A model generated the notes under the pieces. It was given only the letters and a program-made list of their open reading frames with translations. It did no database searches and had not been told where the DNA came from. From Candidatus Sulfotelmatobacter sp. (GTDB lineage Bacteria > Acidobacteriota > Terriglobia > Terriglobales > Acidobacteriaceae), in the NCBI GenBank assembly GCA_035279505.1, contig DATEHP010000075.1, positions 1,071-65,070 on the forward strand: DNA of 64,000 nt. Reading direction: 5' to 3'. The translations under genes and the position numbers were made by a program. Of the stretch, positions 10,072-18,761 are shown piece by piece; the first letter of the stretch is position 1; every line of letters starts with the position of its first letter.

Positions 10072-10502
10072 GCAGAGAAGTCCTACCCGCTCTACGTCAG
10101 GTCCGCGATGTTATCCCGAGGAGGGCGATAAGCCCTCCGAGGGACCTTATGCAAAAAACTAAAGTTGATACGGGACGCAGTTCATTCGCGAGGCTGCGAA
10201 AAGAGATCTTTGATGTCACCATGCGCGGCGCTGGCACGTGAGACGCGGCGCAGAGCTAGTATCAGGCCTCAGGGAAGAGGCTCACCTCTGAATGGGGTAG
10301 GCGGCAATAAACTCGACGGGGCGCCCTAACGACGGAGACCGACCACATGGTCGGTCGCCTTTCAAAACTTGGATGTCCTCATCGGTGCAGCGGATGCCCG
10401 TCAAAAGAACGCACACCGTCGTTGCCCTGCAAAACAGCCGGTACAGATCACGGGATGATACAGGTTTGAGGCCGGAATGGGAATCAGAACATGGACTAGT
10501 GT

Positions 10503-12299
10503 TCAATTCGCTGAACGGCAGCTCTGTGCGCCGGAATCGGATGTTGCGTTGCTTAGAGCGGCCACTTCCGCCGCATTCAGCGCGCGTCGATAAACGCGCA
10601 CCTCGCCCACGTCTCCTTCGAAAAACAGCCCGTCATCGCGTTGCGCCCCGATGAGCAATGACCCCGGGCTCGCGCACCATGGCGCAAGTCCGGCGAAGGT
10701 CTGCGCCTCACGGCCGTTCAGGTAGATGTGAAGCTCGCCCATGGTTTGATCAAATACGGCCGCTGTGTGCACCCATCGATCCACGGGTAGTCCCTCGACG
10801 TTGACCCAGTAGTCCGTCCAGCGAGTCGCAAGGGTGGTGGCACCCCATTGCATAGAAGGATTGGGGCCGGAACCAAGCCGCCACTGCGAACCCCAGGTCG
10901 AGCGGACCTGTGACACCCACGCGCTGTACGCCGCAGGATTATGGACCCGAACCCATGCGCTCACGCTGATGGAGCCAGCTGTACTGCGATCAGGATTGCC
11001 CGGGAATTCAATGAAGGTCCCGTGCCCATTGAATCGGTACGCTTTCCCTTCGCGCCCATCGCGGTCCGGAGCAAGTGCAGCTCCGTGCACGTCTGCTTTC
11101 GCATCGGGATGACAGAGGTCGATGGCCGATCCTTCCAGTGGAATATAGGCGACGAGTCCCGAGCTTAGGTCGACGCCGCTTCCGTAATTATTCCCAACTG
11201 AATCTCGAGCATCAAAGCCTGGAAGCACCTTCAGTCGAGAAGCATCTTCCTTACGCCCACGCGCCTCAAGCGCATGAATCAGGTTCTGGCGCTCAACCGC
11301 GTCGAAGCGAAAATCGTCGGCATGTTCTACGCGAAGGCGATCCCAAAAGGCCGTCAGGTTTGCCGGGTTCGTGGCGAGTTCATCCAGCACAGGCCGAGCA
11401 ACGGAAAGTAGCGGCAGAGGCTCGTCGCTGAATGGCGAACCAAAGCGTCGAATCCAGCCATGACGGCGCCGCTGCACTTCGCTGAGATAGCGCGACGGCC
11501 CTTCGTGAGAAGCAGGGTCGGCCTGTCCAAGGACTTCCAGCGCGCGATAGAAAGCGCGATAGCCCACCGAGCCGTGTGTCTCCGCCGGGAATACCTCGTA
11601 GTGAAATTCGATATCCGCGCTCGGAGCGCCTTCGAAGCTTTTAGCAAAGCGCATCGCGCCGACAGAAATGTCGGCCTCCTCGTCACCACCTGCGCCAACG
11701 AACACGAATCGCTGAGCAGGAACGGGCTTGGCCAGCGCCCCCGCCAACTGGGCCACGAAGCGATCATCCAGACCGAAACTCGGACTCAACGCAATGTTTG
11801 CCTGGAACAACTCGGGCCGTCGAATGAATGCATACAGCGAGAACATTCCCGCGTTGGAGTGACCCGCCAGAATGCGGTACTTTCCGATGGGGTATTCCGC
11901 CGCGAGCTTGGGTATGAGTTCATCTGCCAGAAAACTGAGGAACCGGTCAGAAAGCCCGGCAGCGAACTTGTCGCCATCGAAAGTCGGCATCAGATCCCGG
12001 CCGCGGTCCGTATTCACCACTCCCGCCACCAACATCGGAGGCAGTCGGCCATTCGAAGAGAGATTACTCACTGCCGCAGAAACGTTGCGCTGATTCCACT
12101 CTCCGTCGAGCAAAATCAGCAACGGCATGCCTGGCACAGGATGCGCCGGCTCCGAGACAAGGATGTCCCGCTCCTCTCCCAGAATCTTCGATTCCAATGT
12201 TTCGTGCTTCGCAAAGGTCAGCGGAATGTCCTTTGCGGCTGCCGACAGTACTAAGAATAAAACTGTAAGGAATACACGACGGCCCGAGATGAATCTCAT
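10503..12299 (-). CDS. secreted alpha/beta-hydrolase (putative esterase family) fused to a C-terminal LamG/concanavalin-A-like domain
   Basis: The N-terminal half has the esterase-like motif GHSNAGMF (GxSxG) in an enterochelin-esterase-like context. The C-terminal half has LamG-type endings (ELHIYLNGRE..., GDVGEVRVYRRALNAAEV). GGAGG lies 6 nt before the second ATG (12299). Confidence 0.7.
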   Translation of the reverse strand: MRFISGRRVFLTVLFLVLSAAAKDIPLTFAKHETLESKILGEERDILVSEPAHPVPGMPLLILLDGEWNQRNVSAAVSNLSSNGRLPPMLVAGVVNTDRGRDLMPTFDGDKFAAGLSDRFLSFLADELIPKLAAEYPIGKYRILAGHSNAGMFSLYAFIRRPELFQANIALSPSFGLDDRFVAQLAGALAKPVPAQRFVFVGAGGDEEADISVGAMRFAKSFEGAPSADIEFHYEVFPAETHGSVGYRAFYRALEVLGQADPASHEGPSRYLSEVQRRRHGWIRRFGSPFSDEPLPLLSVARPVLDELATNPANLTAFWDRLRVEHADDFRFDAVERQNLIHALEARGRKEDASRLKVLPGFDARDSVGNNYGSGVDLSSGLVAYIPLEGSAIDLCHPDAKADVHGAALAPDRDGREGKAYRFNGHGTFIEFPGNPDRSTAGSISVSAWVRVHNPAAYSAWVSQVRSTWGSQWRLGSGPNPSMQWGATTLATRWTDYWVNVEGLPVDRWVHTAAVFDQTMGELHIYLNGREAQTFAGLAPWCASPGSLLIGAQRDDGLFFEGDVGEVRVYRRALNAAEVAALSNATSDSGAQSCRSAN

Positions 12300-12344
12300 T
12301 TTCATCCTCCGGCTTTCTAGTGAGGAAGGAACTTGAGACTATAT

Positions 12345-12402
12345 CGCAACCGTGACGGAGGTTTCTGTGCGTGTGACCGAACGGTAGAGCGCATCGCGTT
12401 CG
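12345..12402. repeat. direct repeat copy 1: relic of the 3' end of an mqnE-like gene
   Basis: CGCAACCGTGACGGAGGTTTCTGTGCGTGTGACCGAACGGTAGAGCGCATCGCGTTCG matches 12662-12720 with about 5 mismatches. Its minus-strand translation is ..ERDALYRSVTRTETSVTVAI*, against ..ERDTLYRPVTRTETSVTVAV* for the live gene. Confidence 0.85.
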
Positions 12403-12414
12403 TGGAGCGCCGGG

Positions 12415-12645
12415 ATGCGTTATGTCTGTACAGGTGTATTGACATGGAGTGTTTGCCGCCCGCCAAAGAAAGCCATTACGATTCGACTGGACACTGACGT
12501 TCTTGATTGGCTGAAGGGGTACGGGCGCGGCTACCAGACGCGGGTCAAGCTACTCTTGCGGCACGCCATGGCGAACTCCGCCGGAAGGACTCCGAAGGGA
12601 AACCGAGAGACGAAACGAATCCGCCACGCTCACGCTGCGAGTTGA
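12415..12645 (+). CDS. BrnA-family (RHH) antitoxin-like ORF, apparently N-terminally truncated and orphan
   Basis: PKKAITIRLDTDVLDWLKGYGRGYQTRVKLLLRHAM matches the conserved C-terminal core of BrnA/DUF4415-type antitoxins. There is no brnT-like toxin ORF upstream. Confidence 0.45.
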   Translation: MRYVCTGVLTWSVCRPPKKAITIRLDTDVLDWLKGYGRGYQTRVKLLLRHAMANSAGRTPKGNRETKRIRHAHAAS

Positions 12646-12655
12646 CGTAAAACGA

Positions 12656-13870
12656 TCAGACCGCAACCGTGACGGAGGTTTCTGTGCGTGTGACCGGACG
12701 GTAGAGCGTGTCGCGCTCGATCGGGACTCGGCCGGCAGCGCGGATCAGGCGCTCTAGCTCCTCACGTCGCATGCCCTGCGGAGTCGTCGCCCCGGCGTCG
12801 TGGTAGATCTTCTCTTCAATGACCGTGCCGTCCATATCGTCGGCGCCGAAGCGCAGCGAGATTTGCGCGATCTTGGCCGTCATCATCTGCCAGTACGACT
12901 TGACGTGCGGGAAGTTGTCGAGCACCAGCCGGCTGACCGCGATCTGCTTGATATCGAGCATGCCGGTGGTCTTCGGCAGATGCTGCAGCGGCGTGTTGTC
13001 GGGATGGAAGGCCAACGGGATAAAAGTCTGAAAGCCGCCAGTTTCATCCTGCAATGCACGCAGCTTGAGCAGATGGTCGACGCGGTCTTCGTCATTCTCC
13101 ACGTGACCGTACAGCATGGTCGCGTTCGACTTCAACCCAATCTGATGCGCCAGCTTCGCAGTTTCCAGCCACTGACCACCGTCAATCTTGTGATCGCAGA
13201 TGATATGCCGCACGCGATCCGCAAAAATCTCCGCGCCACCGCCCGGCAACGAATCCACGCCTGAGGCCTTGAGTTGCTCTAGCGTCTCGCGAATCGCTAG
13301 CTTCGCCCGCCGTGACAGATACGCAACTTCCACCATCGTAAATGCTTTGAGATGTACCTGCGGAAAACGCTGCTTCAGGCCGGAGCAGAGGTCCAGAAAA
13401 TACTGAAACGGCAAGTCGGGATGGAGGCCGCCGACAATGTGAAATTCGGTGACCGCCTCGGAATATCCCGAGGCGGCGGTCTCAAACGCCTCCTCCAGCG
13501 CCATGGTGTAGGCGCCGGGCGCGTCCTTCTTCCGTCCAAAGGCGCAGAGCCGACAGGCGGCCACGCAAACATTCGTGGGGTTAATATGGCGGTTGACATT
13601 GAAATACGTCTTGTCGCCGTGCATGCGCTCTCGCACGGTGTTCGCCATCCAGCCCACGGCGAGGATGTCGCCTGTGCGGTAAAGGGCGAGCGCGTCGTTA
13701 GCGTTGAGTCGTACGCCGGCCAGCACCTTGTCGCAGATCGGCTGCAGGCGGGGATCGTCCGTTTGGAAAGCGTGCAAGGGACCCATCCGTTTGATAATAC
13801 CAAGGAACGGGTGTTCCCTTCGATTTTGAACATTGTTCATCGGAACAACGCTCATCCGAACCATATTCAT
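12656..13870 (-). CDS. mqnE: radical SAM menaquinone (futalosine pathway) enzyme, aminofutalosine synthase MqnE-like (MqnC not fully excluded)
   Basis: The radical-SAM triad CVAACRLCAF follows FNVNRHINPTNVC. GGLHPDLP, GGGAEIF and LQDETGGFQTFIPL fit the CofH/MqnE/MqnC family pattern. The exact start among several N-terminal Met codons is uncertain. Confidence 0.75.
   Translation of the reverse strand: MNMVRMSVVPMNNVQNRREHPFLGIIKRMGPLHAFQTDDPRLQPICDKVLAGVRLNANDALALYRTGDILAVGWMANTVRERMHGDKTYFNVNRHINPTNVCVAACRLCAFGRKKDAPGAYTMALEEAFETAASGYSEAVTEFHIVGGLHPDLPFQYFLDLCSGLKQRFPQVHLKAFTMVEVAYLSRRAKLAIRETLEQLKASGVDSLPGGGAEIFADRVRHIICDHKIDGGQWLETAKLAHQIGLKSNATMLYGHVENDEDRVDHLLKLRALQDETGGFQTFIPLAFHPDNTPLQHLPKTTGMLDIKQIAVSRLVLDNFPHVKSYWQMMTAKIAQISLRFGADDMDGTVIEEKIYHDAGATTPQGMRREELERLIRAAGRVPIERDTLYRPVTRTETSVTVAV
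12662..12720. repeat. direct repeat copy 2 (functional 3' end of the mqnE-like gene)
   Basis: Partner of 12345-12402. See the finding. Confidence 0.85.
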
Positions 13871-13880
13871 CGAACCACGT

Positions 13881-14237
13881 TCAGCGGTTCACGATCACCC
13901 GGTCCTGAATCTGGTTGTACTGGTCTTGAGAGAGGATGCTGCGGGTCACGAGTTGGTGAGGACTCGCATAGGGACGCTCCGCGATAATGCGATCGGCTTG
14001 ATGGGGAGTGACTCCGGGCAGTGATGCCAAATCATCTTTCGAAGCCTTGTTCAGATCGATGGCTCTCTTGGTGCTCAGCCCTTCTTTTACGCCCTGGGCA
14101 ACCGCTTTGGTGTCCCGCTTGAGGGCAGCGGTTTCTTCGGCCGTCTTCTGCCGGATTTGATCCGGGCTCTGGTTCGTGCAAGCCACATCCAAGCATAAGG
14201 AGAGGATCACCGAGGCAAGAAAGACGCGTGAAATCAT
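13881..14237 (-). CDS. ComEA-like helix-hairpin-helix DNA-binding lipoprotein
   Basis: The inner ATG gives MISRVFLASVILSLCLDVAC (lipobox-like). The C-terminus IDLNKASKDDLASLPGVTPHQADRIIAERPY is the ComEA/HhH motif. Confidence 0.65.
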   Translation of the reverse strand: MISRVFLASVILSLCLDVACTNQSPDQIRQKTAEETAALKRDTKAVAQGVKEGLSTKRAIDLNKASKDDLASLPGVTPHQADRIIAERPYASPHQLVTRSILSQDQYNQIQDRVIVNR

Positions 14238-14366
14238 GCTATTCCGATGCCACAAGATGGGAGTCGGTTGTCGGCGTATCAGAATCACCGCCCATCCTGC
14301 CAACCCAAAATGGCATCTATACTGTGCAATCCTTGCGCGCCCATTCAGTAGACGGAGGGAATAATC

Positions 14367-15188
14367 ATGCAAAGAATTCTTGCGGCACTATTTTCAATGA
14401 CGCTGCTGTGCGGAGCCGCCCTCACGCAGCAAACGCCACCACCCAACCCTGACACCCAAACTTCTCGCTCCGACGAGCAACCGAACCAGCCCACGCAACA
14501 GGGCCAATCTTCCGCCCAACCAGCCGCGAATCAGAAGCAAAGTTCGAGCGGTCTCAAGATTGCTCCGGGCAGCGTGATTCCAGTGCAATTGTCCAAGACG
14601 GTCGATGCCAAGAAGGCGAAAACGGGTGACGAGGTGGTTGCCACGGTAACGCAGGACATGAAAACCAACAGCGGCGATGTGCTCGTGCCCAAAGACACGA
14701 AGGTGATCGGCCATGTCACCGAAGTCCAGTCGCGGAACAAAGAACAGAAGCAATCCGAACTTGGCATCGCCTTCGACCACGCAGTGGTGAAAGGCGATCA
14801 GATGCCGTTGCCGATGTCGATTCAAGCCGTGATCGCCCCGCCTTCGAACAATTCGGGCGCCGCGGCGGCGGCTCCAGAAGCGCCACCTTCATCCGCCGGT
14901 GGAGGCTCCGGAAGCTCTCCTATGGCCGGATCGCGTGCGGGAGCCTCGGGAGCAAGCCCAACCCCATCGTCTCAGCAGAACCACCCTCCAGGTGCCGCGT
15001 CCGAATCCTCACCGCAAAGCGAGGCCAGACCGCCCATTAACGGAAACACCCAGGGCGTTATTGGAATGTCTGACGTAAAACTGGAATCGGGCTCGCAGAA
15101 TTCGCAGCAGGGATCGCTGCTGACGTCCGAGAAAAACAACGTCAAGATCGAGAAAGGGACAATGATGCTGTTGCGGGTAAATCAGTAG
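14367..15188 (+). CDS. secreted hypothetical protein with low-complexity Ala/Ser/Gly/Pro-rich segment
   Basis: Signal peptide MQRILAALFSMTLLCGAALTQQ. No recognisable catalytic motif. Confidence 0.5.
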   Translation: MQRILAALFSMTLLCGAALTQQTPPPNPDTQTSRSDEQPNQPTQQGQSSAQPAANQKQSSSGLKIAPGSVIPVQLSKTVDAKKAKTGDEVVATVTQDMKTNSGDVLVPKDTKVIGHVTEVQSRNKEQKQSELGIAFDHAVVKGDQMPLPMSIQAVIAPPSNNSGAAAAAPEAPPSSAGGGSGSSPMAGSRAGASGASPTPSSQQNHPPGAASESSPQSEARPPINGNTQGVIGMSDVKLESGSQNSQQGSLLTSEKNNVKIEKGTMMLLRVNQ

Positions 15189-15209
15189 ACCGGTTTGGCC
15201 CAGAGTTTC

Positions 15210-15238
15210 AGCGCACGCAAACCGAGTTTGCGTGCGCT
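15210..15238. terminator. 12-bp perfect hairpin between convergent genes (candidate bidirectional terminator)
   Basis: AGCGCACGCAAA-CCGAG-TTTGCGTGCGCT read directly, flanked by GAGTTTC upstream and AACTCTTT downstream. It lies between the stops at 15188 (+) and 15278 (-). Confidence 0.55.
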
Positions 15239-15277
15239 AACTCTTTCGTACGATCAATGCATCAGTTGAGGCTGCTC

Positions 15278-16951
15278 TCAACGGGCGGCGGCCGCAAAGG
15301 CGTTGAAACCCTGCCTGCGCTGCTCTGCCTCTTTCGGGTAGTCACCCAGCCAGACATATTCAGGCTTGGTCTGGAGCAGTGACAGCTTGCGCAGGTAAAC
15401 CTCTGGAACGCCCTTCACGAAGCTCTTGCTTTGTACTGCCTCTCGCATCTCCGTGGCCGAGCGCTGCGATTTGGCGATGTAAGCTTCCACGGTATCGTCG
15501 TTCACAGTCTGGATGCCGAGGTCAAGGCAAACCTGCTCCCGCATCCTCAAGAATGCCTGCAACAATTCCGAGGGATTGGCCTCGGGCATACAGATACCGA
15601 GGGCCTTCGGCCGCCGTATCAGGGAACTCGCAGCCTGCGGCTTGCGATCCGAAAAGGAGAGCGTCCAGAAATTCTGCAGGCAGCTCTGAAATGAGCACTT
15701 CAATGGCAAGGGAGTCTTTCCTTTGGGGAAGATCTGGCTCACCTCGCCGAAACAATGATAGCGAGTGTGCACGAACAGCCGGCAGAAGCTGGGCGGCTGG
15801 TTCGGCGAATCCGATACCAGCGAGAAATCCAGCAGGCGAGTAAAGCCCAGCGCCTCGAACGCACGCGTGTAGCGATCGAGCGCCTCCAGGTCGAGCACGG
15901 GAAACTGTGCTGGCGTTGCCGGCGGAAATGAGAACGACGAAGCCATGTTCTTCAGCACCCGGCTCTTCATCGTCGCAAAGGTGAATAGAATATGAATCCA
16001 ACTGCCAAACCGCCACAGAAGGATAACGAGGAGGACGCCGAGCCAAATCAATGAGGTCACTGGCGCCGAGTGCCGGCCGCGGCGGCCGTATCGCGCCTGC
16101 AGACCCTCGTATTCGGCTTTCGAAACGGGTTGCCATCCTTGCTGAGTCCAGAGTGTCTTCGGTCCTGATGCGATCTTGTCGCCGGAAAGCCGAATGCTTC
16201 TGGTTCCGTAGGAAAGAAGATCGAAGCGCGATCCGCCTTTCTGCAGGGGAAAGGATTGCAGAGTCAGATTGAAAGTGCTCTCGCCTAACGTGATGGGCAA
16301 GGTTGCTTCGGCTCCGTTCGACTCGTAACCCGTCAGAAGTTTGTAATGCCAGCCTGCATCCTTGAAAGTCTGCCGCGACACCTTGCTGAGAAACCCATCA
16401 TCCTCGTCGCCGCCGCTGTTTTCGTCGTCGGTCGCATCGTCGGACGTCAGCGTGGAATTGCTGGGGCTCTGAGCCCGTACTGGTGCCTGGGGCAGTGGCG
16501 CGGGCACCGGAACGAATTTTTCTCCATCCCACCGCGTTCCCGCCCACTCACCGCTAGTCGATGGGAGAGGGGTCAACTGCAGATGTCCGTCCGACAAGGT
16601 CCACGGGCCGTACGTTACCGTTTTCTCGGGAAGGTTAAAGCGATCGAGTTGTCCAGAGTCCTGCAGATGGTAAGCGACGACGTCCTGCTTGTTGAAGTCG
16701 GAGAGACCACCCGCGAGAACCGCGAGGTATGCGTACCTTGGACCGTCGAACTTCGACTGCAGAACGTTGCGGGAACGTCCAGTGCTATTCAAAGTCAGAA
16801 ATAGAAAGGCATCGTGGTCGTTCCAGAAGACCACGGTTTGCGCCATGTGCTGTCCGACGGTGTAACGCTTCGGCCACATCACAAATGCCGTAACCGCCGC
16901 CGCGACCACCGCCAAAAGGACGAGAATCGAGATTGCCTTCTTTTTGTCCAA
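15278..16951 (-). CDS. hypothetical membrane protein (N-terminal TM anchor plus central TM segment)
   Basis: A 557-aa ORF with hydrophobic segments ISILVLLAVVAAAVTAFVMW and VTSLIWLGVLLVILLWRFGSWIHILF. No family recognised. Confidence 0.55.
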   Translation of the reverse strand: MDKKKAISILVLLAVVAAAVTAFVMWPKRYTVGQHMAQTVVFWNDHDAFLFLTLNSTGRSRNVLQSKFDGPRYAYLAVLAGGLSDFNKQDVVAYHLQDSGQLDRFNLPEKTVTYGPWTLSDGHLQLTPLPSTSGEWAGTRWDGEKFVPVPAPLPQAPVRAQSPSNSTLTSDDATDDENSGGDEDDGFLSKVSRQTFKDAGWHYKLLTGYESNGAEATLPITLGESTFNLTLQSFPLQKGGSRFDLLSYGTRSIRLSGDKIASGPKTLWTQQGWQPVSKAEYEGLQARYGRRGRHSAPVTSLIWLGVLLVILLWRFGSWIHILFTFATMKSRVLKNMASSFSFPPATPAQFPVLDLEALDRYTRAFEALGFTRLLDFSLVSDSPNQPPSFCRLFVHTRYHCFGEVSQIFPKGKTPLPLKCSFQSCLQNFWTLSFSDRKPQAASSLIRRPKALGICMPEANPSELLQAFLRMREQVCLDLGIQTVNDDTVEAYIAKSQRSATEMREAVQSKSFVKGVPEVYLRKLSLLQTKPEYVWLGDYPKEAEQRRQGFNAFAAAAR

Positions 16952-17066
16952 GATTCATGCTCCCTCGCGGGGAAAGTTAGCACGGACAGAAGGGGACGAT
17001 CATGGTACTTAAGTCACAGGACTACCAAGCAGGCCTCTAGGATCGGAGCAGTGGCCTCGCCTTCCC

Positions 17067-17930
17067 CTAACGCCGTAGGAGCAGGTCAGCGGCCACGAAC
17101 ACGAAGAACAGCACCGAGATCACACCGTTCATTGTGAAGAAGGCAGCGTTGAGTTTGGAAAGATCGCTAGCCTTCACCAGAGAGTGCTCGTAAAGCAAGA
17201 GCAGGATCACGACTCCGACGCCAACCGCCGCAAGCTTCCCCATTCCGAAAACGATGAGCAGCACGACGAGGGTTCCAACCATGACTAGATGAAAGCCGCG
17301 GGCAACCCACAGCGCGCCTCGAATGCCAAAATAGCGTGGAATGGAGTGCAGTCCGGCCTGCTGGTCGAATTCATAATCCTGACATGCGTAGAGCACGTCG
17401 AATCCTGCCACCCAGAACGTGACGGCTGCCGTCAGCAACAAGATTCGGGGATCAAAAGAACCGCGCACCGCGATCCAAGCCGCCGAGGGTGCGATGCCGA
17501 GCGCAAAGCCTAACACAATGTGAGACCAGCGCGTGACTCGCTTGGTGTAGGAATAGAGCAGCAACACGGCGAGTGCCACCGGCGAGAGCAGCAACGCAAG
17601 ACGATTCAACTGGCTCGCTGCCAGCACAAAAACAAGGCTGGAAACAACGACGAACGTGACCACGAATGCGGGCGAAAGTTGCCCGGCAGGAAGGGCGCGA
17701 GCGCTTGTGCGTGGATTGGCTGCATCGATGGCCATATCAGCCCATCGATTAAACGCCATCGCTGCCGAACGGGCCGCCACCATGGCGACCACGATCCAGA
17801 GTAGTTGGTGCACGGAAGGAAATCCTCCCGCCGCAAGCATCGCGCCGCAGAGAGCAAACGGGAGAGCAAAGATGGAATGCTCCCACTTGATCATCTCCAG
17901 CGTTACACGCAGGTCGTGCAGAACAGGCAC
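17067..17930 (-). CDS. UbiA-family aromatic prenyltransferase (4-hydroxybenzoate polyprenyltransferase-like; candidate menaquinone MqnP-type)
   Basis: NRWADMAIDAANPRT is the NxxxDxxxD motif of UbiA enzymes. The profile is polytopic and the product is 287 aa. Confidence 0.85.
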   Translation of the reverse strand: MPVLHDLRVTLEMIKWEHSIFALPFALCGAMLAAGGFPSVHQLLWIVVAMVAARSAAMAFNRWADMAIDAANPRTSARALPAGQLSPAFVVTFVVVSSLVFVLAASQLNRLALLLSPVALAVLLLYSYTKRVTRWSHIVLGFALGIAPSAAWIAVRGSFDPRILLLTAAVTFWVAGFDVLYACQDYEFDQQAGLHSIPRYFGIRGALWVARGFHLVMVGTLVVLLIVFGMGKLAAVGVGVVILLLLYEHSLVKASDLSKLNAAFFTMNGVISVLFFVFVAADLLLRR

Positions 17931-17950
17931 GAGTCGATTGTAAAACAGAG

Positions 17951-18083
17951 GGGTCCTGGGTCTTGCGCCTTAGGTCTTAGGTGTGGCGTTGCGTCAACAG
18001 TTCTGGCGGAAGTGTCAGCCTGAGGTGGACCCACAAGACATAGACTCAAGACCTAAGACCCGAGACCCAGCGCCCTAAGACCC
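17951..18083. repeat. heptamer-periodic inverted repeat (AGACCNN / NNGGTCT arms)
   Basis: Left arm: GGGTCCT GGGTCTT GCGCCTT AGGTCTT AGGTGTG. Right arm: AAGACAT AGACTCA AGACCTA AGACCCG AGACCCA GCGCCCT AAGACCC. The arms are reverse-complementary. The right arm overlaps the last codons of pcm. Confidence 0.7.
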
Positions 18084-18731
18084 GACTTCGGGGATCAAAG
18101 GAACGAAGCGGCATAGCTCACGGAGTTCAATGTGTGGCTGACTATCTTCCACCCGAACCAGCTGCAACTGCTGCGAATCATCCGATCCCACCGGAATGAT
18201 CATGCGCCCACCCTCACCCAGCTGCGCGATGAGAGCAGGAGGGATCTCTGCCGCGGCGGCTGAAACAACGATCGCATCGTATGGCGCTGCCTCCGGAAAT
18301 CCTCGCGTCCCATCGGCAGTCACGACGTGCACATTGGAGTACCCCAGTGCCGCCAGCAGTGCACGCGCCGACTCCGCCAGAGACTCGTGGCGCTCCATCG
18401 AGATCACACTCTCGGTCAACTCCGCGAGCAACGCCGTGACGTATCCCGAACCGGTCCCTATCTCAAGGACCCTGTCTGTCGGCGAAAACCTCAAGGCTTC
18501 CAGCATGAGAGCAACAATGTACGGTTGCGAAATCGTTTGTCCTTCCCCAATTGGCAGCGGATGATCCTCATAAGCCTGGCCGCGGTACCCTTGCGGCGCA
18601 AACTCGTGCCGAGGCACTCGCTCCATGGCAGCCAAGACGCTTTCGTCCGCGATACCGCGCTGCCGTAGCTGCGAATCCACCATCTGGTGCCGAAGGCTGG
18701 AATACAAGGCGGGACTTGCCGGAGAGGTCAT
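18075..18731 (-). CDS. pcm: protein-L-isoaspartate O-methyltransferase
   Basis: GQTISQPYIVALMLEAL and VLEIGTGSGYVTALLA (SAM-binding motif I). The product is 218 aa. Confidence 0.9.
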   Translation of the reverse strand: MTSPASPALYSSLRHQMVDSQLRQRGIADESVLAAMERVPRHEFAPQGYRGQAYEDHPLPIGEGQTISQPYIVALMLEALRFSPTDRVLEIGTGSGYVTALLAELTESVISMERHESLAESARALLAALGYSNVHVVTADGTRGFPEAAPYDAIVVSAAAAEIPPALIAQLGEGGRMIIPVGSDDSQQLQLVRVEDSQPHIELRELCRFVPLIPEVGS

Positions 18732-18761
18732 GCAAAGTTCGTGAACCGATTTACCTATATT

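Noticed and set aside
10294-10321. tmRNA-like 5' end (GGGGTAGGCGGCAATAAACTCGACGGGG resembles GGGGCUGAUUCUGGAUUCGACGGG)
   Set aside because: There is no downstream T-arm (GGTTCGA-type) or complementary 3' acceptor strand with CCA. There is no plausible tag ORF ending in hydrophobic residues. The would-be 3' end would run into the esterase CDS.
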